DNA of 43,971 nucleotides from Gammaproteobacteria bacterium (GTDB lineage Bacteria; Pseudomonadota; Gammaproteobacteria; Pseudomonadales; UBA6940): NCBI GenBank assembly GCA_038135915.1, contig JAYPYM010000003.1, positions 4,107 to 48,077 of the forward strand, read 5' to 3'. Shown piece by piece: positions 36,540 to 43,971 of this stretch (position 1 is its first letter; each line of letters starts with the position of its first letter). The notes under the pieces were generated by a model. It saw only the letters and a program-made list of their open reading frames with translations, ran no database searches and was not told where the DNA came from. The position numbers and the translations under genes were made by a program.

Positions 36540-38312
36540 ATGGCTCGAAGCGACCCAAAAACCTTCAATTTTAAAGCTATTATCATTGCCTTTGTCGCTT
36601 TAATATTTTTCTTAGCTGTCAGTTTTGGGTTTCATATTTTAGAAAATAAAACTCAAAGCAGAGTAAAGCACACACTGGAAGTGAAATCTGAAATTAGATT
36701 AGTTCTATCACTTTTAAAAGATGCGGAAACCGGACAGCGCGGCTTTTTAATTACCCAAAAAGATGAGTATTTAACACCCTACCATAATGCATTAGAACAA
36801 GTACCAAAGGCCTTAGCATACCTAACCGAAATCACCACCTACGATGATCGCCACCAACAATCGTTAGCCAAAATCAAGACTTTGTCACAACAAAAGTTCA
36901 ACGAACTTGGTGAAACAATAGCGTTAATTCGAGAAGGAAGAATCAAAGAGTCCTATGCGCTTGTAGACACCGATCTCGGCAAACAACTTATGAATCAAAT
37001 GCGCCTGGAAATGCGCGAGATGGAGGATTTAGCAGACAAGCTACTAGATCAACTCAGTTATATTAGCTTCCTGATAGAAGCCATCTCCATACTATTATTC
37101 CTGATTGCACTATTTTATGTGAAGATGTCCTACCGTTTAGCAGCAAAGCTGAAACAAAGCACATCTATAATCGAAGCCAGTGAAGCAAAATTTCGAGCAA
37201 TGTATGAAAACTCTCCAGATGCATATTTAATCATGGAGCTTGAACACCCTCAGATTACTGATTGCAATGCAGCAGCGGAGCAAATGTTACATGGTAAGAA
37301 AGAACAAATTATCGGTTTAACCCCGGATCAACTCTCCCCGAAGCTACAGCCAAATGGCAGAACATCAGAAGAAGGTGTTAAAGAAAATATGGAAGTCATT
37401 CTCAAACAAGGTGGACATCGATTTGAATGGATGCATACAAAAATAACTGGAGAACAATTACCTTGTGATGTAAACATCTCTCTCATTGATTACGAAGAAC
37501 GCAAGGTTCTTCTGGTTAGTTGGCGGGATATAACCGAGCGCAAACAAGCCGAAGCGGAACGCGAAGCGTTCATTGAAAGGTTAACCGACTCCAATGAAGA
37601 GTTAGAACGCTTTGCCTTCGTATGTTCACACGACTTGCAAGAACCATTACGTATGATTCGCAGCTTTACTGATAGACTTCAAACCTATATGGGCGATACC
37701 TTTGAAAAGGATGAAAAATGTAAAAAATATTTTCGTTTTATCACCAATGGTGCAGAGCACGCCCAAAATCTAATCAACGATATTCTTACATACTCTAGCA
37801 TTGACAAAGATATTCAACATTTGGAAAAGATAGACCCAGAAGCGCTGATTTTGTTAATGAAAGAAAACATGTATCTTGATTTCGAAAAGAGAGGCGGTCG
37901 AATTACCCATGATAAACTACCAAAACTAGTAGGTAATAAAACACAGCTGTTTCAATTATTCCAAAATCTTATCAATAATGGCATGAAATATCAGATACCG
38001 AGCAATAACCCGCATGTGCATATCGGTGTTGAAGACAAAGAAAGTCATTGGGAGTTTTATGTCAGAGATAATGGTATTGGCATAGAAGGACGCCATCTGA
38101 AGAAAATTTTTAATGTATTCCAGAGGCTTCACAAGAAAAGTCAATATGCCGGCACAGGAGTAGGACTTTCAATCTGCAAGAAAGTAGTAGAACGTCACGG
38201 CGGAAAAATCTGGGTGGAATCAGAGAAAGGAAAAGGCTCTACTTTTTATTTTACTCTTTTAAAACCAACCAACATGGAGACAGCGGATGACCAACAAAGC
38301 AAAGCTAGCTGA
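36540..38312 (+). CDS. CHASE3-PAS sensor histidine kinase
   Basis: Two TMs flanking DAETGQRGFL (CHASE3); PAS; SHDLQEPLR H-box; QNLINNGMKY, DNGIG, GTGVGL boxes. Confidence 0.92.
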   Translation: MARSDPKTFNFKAIIIAFVALIFFLAVSFGFHILENKTQSRVKHTLEVKSEIRLVLSLLKDAETGQRGFLITQKDEYLTPYHNALEQVPKALAYLTEITTYDDRHQQSLAKIKTLSQQKFNELGETIALIREGRIKESYALVDTDLGKQLMNQMRLEMREMEDLADKLLDQLSYISFLIEAISILLFLIALFYVKMSYRLAAKLKQSTSIIEASEAKFRAMYENSPDAYLIMELEHPQITDCNAAAEQMLHGKKEQIIGLTPDQLSPKLQPNGRTSEEGVKENMEVILKQGGHRFEWMHTKITGEQLPCDVNISLIDYEERKVLLVSWRDITERKQAEAEREAFIERLTDSNEELERFAFVCSHDLQEPLRMIRSFTDRLQTYMGDTFEKDEKCKKYFRFITNGAEHAQNLINDILTYSSIDKDIQHLEKIDPEALILLMKENMYLDFEKRGGRITHDKLPKLVGNKTQLFQLFQNLINNGMKYQIPSNNPHVHIGVEDKESHWEFYVRDNGIGIEGRHLKKIFNVFQRLHKKSQYAGTGVGLSICKKVVERHGGKIWVESEKGKGSTFYFTLLKPTNMETADDQQSKAS

Positions 38313-38745
38313 GATACTACTTGTAGAGGACAACGAAGGCGATATAGAACTCACTAAAGAAGCATTCGAAGATGCTAAATTTCGCAATAACTTACATGTC
38401 GCCGAAGATGGTGATGAAGCACTTGATTTTTTATTTAAACGCAATGGACAGGAAAAAGCTGCAACACCAGACATCATCTTACTTGATTTAAACTTACCTG
38501 GAACCGACGGACGGGAAGTGCTTGAAATCATTAAAGGGGACGAAATACTTAAAAGAATTCCTGTCATCGTACTCACTAGCTCAAAAGCTGATAAGGATAT
38601 TATTGAAAGCTACGACCTTCATGCCAACTGTTATATTGTAAAACCTGTCAATGCCACCAAATTCATGGATGTTGTACAGCATGTAGAGAATTTTTGGGTA
38701 GAAATTGTTTGCCTACCTTCTCATTTAGCTGATGCCAAGCATTAG
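38287..38745 (+). CDS. Single-domain response regulator (Rcp1-like)
   Basis: ILLVEDNEGD, LLDLNLP, VLTSS, ANCYIVKP. Confidence 0.92.
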   Translation: MTNKAKLAEILLVEDNEGDIELTKEAFEDAKFRNNLHVAEDGDEALDFLFKRNGQEKAATPDIILLDLNLPGTDGREVLEIIKGDEILKRIPVIVLTSSKADKDIIESYDLHANCYIVKPVNATKFMDVVQHVENFWVEIVCLPSHLADAKH

Positions 38746-38754
38746 GGTGATTAA

Positions 38755-39507
38755 ATGGAGCCGATTGAACAACAACTGGCACGGGTAGCGCGCGAACTTG
38801 AAGAATTGAGAGAAGAATATCATGACTTTGCCTATGCGGTATCACATGATTTGAGCGGCCCAATGCGTGCCATCGAAGGGTTTTCGGCCATTATTGCTGA
38901 AGATCATGCAGAAGACTTCGATGAAGCTACTCAAAAGCACTTTGACTACATCATAGCAAACGCTGATGAAGCACAAAAAATACTTGCAGCACTACTTGAA
39001 TATGCCTATCTCAACACCAGAAAATTGCCTTTCAAAGAATGCAACTTTAATGAGATATTTAACAATGTGAAGGAAAGCTTATCTGTACTCATAGAAGACA
39101 ATCAAGCACAGATTCAATGCAACACATTACCCACTACTTTTGCTGACAAAAATCAAATGAACCAACTATTCTTTCACCTCCTACAGAACGCGCTGCTCTA
39201 TCAAAAAAATGATGGAACAAGCTCACCAGAGGTCGATATTAACTGTAAAGAACGCAAAGAACATTGGGAATTTTCAATTAAAGATAATGGTATTGGCATA
39301 AAAGAAAATCAAATTGACAGAATCTTCAAACCATTACGCAGAGCTGTTTCTAGTAAAAAATATACTGGTATTGGCATGGGTCTAGCGATCGCTAAAAAAA
39401 TACTGCAACATCACCAGGGAAAGATTTGGGTAGACTCTATACCAGATGAAGGGACGACTTTTTATTTCACCATCTCAAAACACTTGAATGACAATCACCT
39501 CGTTTAA
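38755..39507 (+). CDS. Sensorless cytoplasmic histidine kinase (HisKA + HATPase)
   Basis: SHDLSGPMR, LLQNAL, DNGIG, GIGMGL; only a short coiled coil before the H-box. Confidence 0.88.
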   Translation: MEPIEQQLARVARELEELREEYHDFAYAVSHDLSGPMRAIEGFSAIIAEDHAEDFDEATQKHFDYIIANADEAQKILAALLEYAYLNTRKLPFKECNFNEIFNNVKESLSVLIEDNQAQIQCNTLPTTFADKNQMNQLFFHLLQNALLYQKNDGTSSPEVDINCKERKEHWEFSIKDNGIGIKENQIDRIFKPLRRAVSSKKYTGIGMGLAIAKKILQHHQGKIWVDSIPDEGTTFYFTISKHLNDNHLV

Positions 39508-39561
39508 TATGATTGGACTGTATAATTGATTTCATTCATAATTTCTCGGGTTTACGCAAGG

Positions 39562-39608
39562 TACTAACACTCATCATACTAACACCTCATCGCACCAACA
39601 CCTCATCA
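39562..39608. repeat. Three imperfect 15-16-bp direct repeats (core AACAC(C)TCATC)
   Basis: TACTAACACTCATCA / TACTAACACCTCATCG / CACCAACACCTCATCA just upstream of the methyltransferase RBS. Confidence 0.7.
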
Positions 39609-39622
39609 ACTGGAGCAAGAAA

Positions 39623-40288
39623 ATGGGCATATACTCAATGGGCTTGGGAGAAGAACTACAAAAATACCTACTTGATGTTTCATTAAACGAACCCGCAGCC
39701 TGCAAAACATTAAGGCAATACACACTTTCACGCACAGATTCCAACATGATTAGCTCTCCCGAACAAGTACAGCTGCTATCCTTGGTCGGAAAATTAATCG
39801 GGGCTAAGCGCGGTTTAGAAATTGGGACATTTACTGGCTATACCAGCCTCCGCCTCACGCTAGACATCCCTCAGCTAAACATGGTTTGTTGCGATATTAA
39901 CGATGAGTGTACTGCCATCGCTCGTAACCACTGGCAGGGTGCTGGTGTAGATAACCGTATCGATCTATTCATAGCACCTGCACTAGAAACACTCAATAGG
40001 CTTATCAATGAGGGACAGGAGAAATCATTCGACTTTGCATACATTGATGCCGATAAAACAAACTACCTACACTACATCGCCGCATGTATGAAATTAGTGC
40101 GAAGCAATGGCGTTATCGCCATTGATAATGTGTTGTGGGGTGGCGCTGTAGCAAACCAGGCTGACACAAGCGAAGATACCATTGCCCTGCGGGAAACCAA
40201 CCAGTGGTTATTTGAACAAGCACCTAACCAGTTTGACCTCTCCATGATTCCGATTGGGGATGGTCTAACGTTACTACGGATGTTTTAA
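39623..40288 (+). CDS. Class I SAM-dependent O-methyltransferase (caffeoyl-CoA OMT-like)
   Basis: LEIGTFTGYT, FDFAYIDADKTNY, IDNVLWGG, PIGDGLTL. Confidence 0.92.
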   Translation: MGIYSMGLGEELQKYLLDVSLNEPAACKTLRQYTLSRTDSNMISSPEQVQLLSLVGKLIGAKRGLEIGTFTGYTSLRLTLDIPQLNMVCCDINDECTAIARNHWQGAGVDNRIDLFIAPALETLNRLINEGQEKSFDFAYIDADKTNYLHYIAACMKLVRSNGVIAIDNVLWGGAVANQADTSEDTIALRETNQWLFEQAPNQFDLSMIPIGDGLTLLRMF

Positions 40289-40323
40289 CCTGAACACTGA
40301 TAACACTCAAAACTAGAGTCATA

Positions 40324-40352
40324 TTGACACTTTACCAAAGTTAATGTAACTT
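40324..40352 (+). promoter_or_regulatory. Putative sigma-70 promoter of TPR-like gene
   Basis: TTGACA-17 bp-TAACTT. Confidence 0.5.
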
Positions 40353-40376
40353 CGCTCTCATTCTAAATGATCGAAT

Positions 40377-41546
40377 ATGAACACCTATTGTATCATCTTG
40401 GAGAGCAGTTTCTTGAATCCTCATAATGTCGTTTGCTTAGACACATATAAGATAAAAAAAAGCATAGAATCATGCAGTTATGATCATAGCCTTTACTACA
40501 ACCTGTCTTTGAAGCTTTCAGAGAACTGTGTGGTAGAAGTGGATATTGATGGTGCTAAAAACGCCTTCACAAAACAAGCGTTACTGATAAAGTCCATAGA
40601 ACTTGAGCCTAGCAATGCATTTGCATTAAATAATTTAGCCAATAGCATTAGCATGCATGAAGTGGTCAATGTAAAGATGGGCGGCATGACATTGCAACTC
40701 TCAGCAACATCTCTTTACGAGCGCGCTATTTCTGCTGATCCTAACTACGCAAATGCTTACTGTAGCTTAGGTGCTCGCATGCAAGAAATTGGATTGAGTG
40801 AAATCACCTTATGCATTCAAGGAGCAGAAGCGGTCTTCACCACGAAATCACTATTCTCCAAAGCAATCGAATGCGATAAAACGCACGCTATTGCCTACAA
40901 CAACCTTGGACTTTGTCTCAATAAAGAAGAGTATTATGAATTAAGTGATGGTGTACGTTTAAATGCAGAAGCGCTATTTTTAAAATCGATTGAGTGTGAC
41001 AACACCAATGCAGATGCCTATTATAATCTATCCACCATACTCAAAAGTGATCAGCACAAGGTTATCACCCAAATCGGAGAAAACACCCTACGCTTCGACA
41101 AACAATCTTTGCTGGCTGCTGCGATCAAACACAACCCAAACCATGCTTCAGCTTATTATAACTTAGCACTCTTACTTTACTCGCTTCAATTACCAAATAT
41201 TGAAATTGAAATAGATGGGCACAAACAAACTTTTTCAGAATCAGACTTATACATAAAATCGATTGAATCGGACCACCATAACCCTTTCGCTTATTTTAAC
41301 CTTGCCTCTATCACTGAGCCTAATCAGACTGTTGAAATTAAAATTGACGGCAAGAACAAGGTATTCTCAAAAAGGGACTTATATATCAAAACCATTGAGC
41401 ATCAACCAGATTATGCCGCAGCTTACGCGAATCTATCCAACCAGCTTAACCAAAAAGAAAGTGTTCGCATCAAAATCAATGGCAACATCAATATTATGAC
41501 CAAAGATCAACTACAACATGCAGCTATTTTGCTAAGCGACGGATAG
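40377..41546 (+). CDS. TPR-like repeat protein with ~44-aa units
   Basis: About 8 repeats of L(Y/F)xK(S/A)IExD/NPxxAxAYxNL followed by a beta-rich insert. Confidence 0.75.
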   Translation: MNTYCIILESSFLNPHNVVCLDTYKIKKSIESCSYDHSLYYNLSLKLSENCVVEVDIDGAKNAFTKQALLIKSIELEPSNAFALNNLANSISMHEVVNVKMGGMTLQLSATSLYERAISADPNYANAYCSLGARMQEIGLSEITLCIQGAEAVFTTKSLFSKAIECDKTHAIAYNNLGLCLNKEEYYELSDGVRLNAEALFLKSIECDNTNADAYYNLSTILKSDQHKVITQIGENTLRFDKQSLLAAAIKHNPNHASAYYNLALLLYSLQLPNIEIEIDGHKQTFSESDLYIKSIESDHHNPFAYFNLASITEPNQTVEIKIDGKNKVFSKRDLYIKTIEHQPDYAAAYANLSNQLNQKESVRIKINGNINIMTKDQLQHAAILLSDG

Positions 41547-41570
41547 CCCAAACCCTATCACGCCTGCAGG

Positions 41571-42353
41571 CTATCCGAAGTCAAGACCTAAAGATTGCAA
41601 AAAATCATCTGAAACATCAGCATGTTTTCGACCAGCTATCGCAAAATAAAATAACGGTTCTCCGTCAATGGATAATCGATGGCGATAACGCTCAATATGA
41701 TAAACGTCGAGGTACTTCGAAAAGATCAACTCTCGAATCAGCCTTGAAAAGCCAGTTTCATCCGCTCGATCTAGAAAAGTTTCTTTGATATTAAATGCCA
41801 CCCAACCCTCAGTGCTGATCATATTGAACGCTTCAATAAATGCTTTCGAGGGAATATCACCAAACCCCAATGCAGCAACACAGACCATACAAGTCAGCCC
41901 CCACGAGCTAATCTCTTGCTGAGTAGCATCTTCCAATGCAGTAAAGTCTTGCGTGAAATAAGCATCGTAAATACCTGGCCTATCTCTAATTACTGCCTCA
42001 TATGCCTCTGGGATAATATCAACGCCCACGAGGCGACAAGCACCTCGTTTTTTCAGCTCTTCTCCAACAATCCCATTACCGGCACCTAGCTCGAGTATAC
42101 GCAACTCGGTAAACGCATCATTAGACTGCTTAACTGCAGCCTCTAATATTGCGGACACTTTAGTAGGCGATGAACATTTGAGTCGATCATAATAAAGTTG
42201 GTCATAAAGACCTGGCACTTTATATAGCTCATCATAATCATGGAAGCGAATTTTTTGATTACCATCAGGTGTTTGCAGGTAAAAGTAGGCCTCATCTTGA
42301 TCAAGCTTAGTTGAATCTTGCTTAGGAAACTGAATCCGGTGTCTTCTATACAT
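41571..42353 (-). CDS. Class I SAM-dependent methyltransferase
   Basis: ILELGAGNG, LVGVDI; GAGG RBS. Confidence 0.85.
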   Translation of the reverse strand: MYRRHRIQFPKQDSTKLDQDEAYFYLQTPDGNQKIRFHDYDELYKVPGLYDQLYYDRLKCSSPTKVSAILEAAVKQSNDAFTELRILELGAGNGIVGEELKKRGACRLVGVDIIPEAYEAVIRDRPGIYDAYFTQDFTALEDATQQEISSWGLTCMVCVAALGFGDIPSKAFIEAFNMISTEGWVAFNIKETFLDRADETGFSRLIRELIFSKYLDVYHIERYRHRLSIDGEPLFYFAIAGRKHADVSDDFLQSLGLDFG

Positions 42354-42423
42354 TTTTTCCTCAATTGTTTAGCGCTATTGAATGTCAATGGGTGAACAGA
42401 GAAGTTAAAGAAAAGCGCATATC

Positions 42424-42453
42424 AGCATAGCAGTGCAAGTGAGAAAATGTCAA
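42424..42453 (-). promoter_or_regulatory. Putative sigma-70 promoter of methyltransferase
   Basis: Minus strand TTGACA-18 bp-TATGCT with extended -10 TG. Confidence 0.5.
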
Positions 42454-42475
42454 AATGGGTTACATTGCTCGAGGG

Positions 42476-42973
42476 TTACCGGTAACTGCTTTCAGGCAAG
42501 AAAGGCTTAATTTTCAACTGAAGCGCTTTAGGCCAATCTAAAATGTGCTTAGCTGTTAGCAATTCATTATCTTCATACTCGAACCCAGGTGACACCGCTT
42601 CACTTAATAAGCCATACTCACCTGAACTAAGCCTTGCCAACTTCCAATCACCTCCCTTGACCAAAAGCTGTGGTACCTCACCCTTAGCTAAGCTTGGTCC
42701 TAAGGTGAGCTCTTCATATTGCCCGCTTGGTTTAATGATCAAATAGTTAATAGAAGATCCCTGGTGATGATAGTGCAGTATATCCGATTTATTCCTGTGC
42801 AACGTACCAATTGGACTATCATCAGTGAGCATATAATAAATAGAAGTCATCGCTCTCCGGGACTCTTCCGAAACAGAAACCATGAAGCTAGATTCATAGG
42901 TTCGCCTAAAATACCCCCCTTCTGTCGGGTGAGCTGTTAGGCCAAGCTGTTGAATAATGTCCGCTTTGGTCAC
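42476..42973 (-). CDS. Cupin domain protein (DUF985 / cupin_5)
   Basis: LGLTAHPTEGGYFRRTY, TSIYYML, LLSEAVSPGFEYED. Confidence 0.88.
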   Translation of the reverse strand: MTKADIIQQLGLTAHPTEGGYFRRTYESSFMVSVSEESRRAMTSIYYMLTDDSPIGTLHRNKSDILHYHHQGSSINYLIIKPSGQYEELTLGPSLAKGEVPQLLVKGGDWKLARLSSGEYGLLSEAVSPGFEYEDNELLTAKHILDWPKALQLKIKPFLPESSYR

Positions 42974-42997
42974 AGATTACCCTCTTTGGAATTAGCT

Positions 42998-43971
<974 letters not shown>

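Overview
Chromosomal window from an AT-rich bacterium, probably a gammaproteobacterium (inferred from ybiT-like, thiC and porin genes). Its centre (about 6.5-34 kb, all minus strand, tightly packed with ATGA/TGATG overlaps) is an extracellular contractile injection system (eCIS; Afp/PVC/MAC-like tail, no capsid, terminase, integrase or T6SS membrane genes). Gene order: sheath, single tube, gp26-like chaperone, two low-complexity ORFs, Pvc16-like terminator, AAA+ ATPase, small ORF, tube initiator, LysM-like protein, hub, gpV-type spike with HxH apex, gp25, two baseplate-J proteins, tail-I-like protein, 1479-aa DUF6519-like protein, then two candidate cargo proteins. One is a peptidoglycan-binding/OmpA-like/aspzincin metalloprotease; the other is a 1630-aa DUF4157 + amphipathic helical + His-Me nuclease protein. 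Their basic N-termini share a VI-x5-PA-x-L motif at almost the same position, a candidate packaging signal. Left flank: a repeat/beta-lactamase-fold hydrolase missed by the ORF track, an orphan with a 2OG-Fe(II)-like motif, ABC-F ATPase, STAS protein, MBL hydrolase. Right flank: OM beta-barrel, OYE reductase, HK-RR-HK cassette, two methyltransferases, an unusual TPR-like repeat protein, a cupin and partial thiC. All family calls come from motif recognition by eye; no database searches were run.
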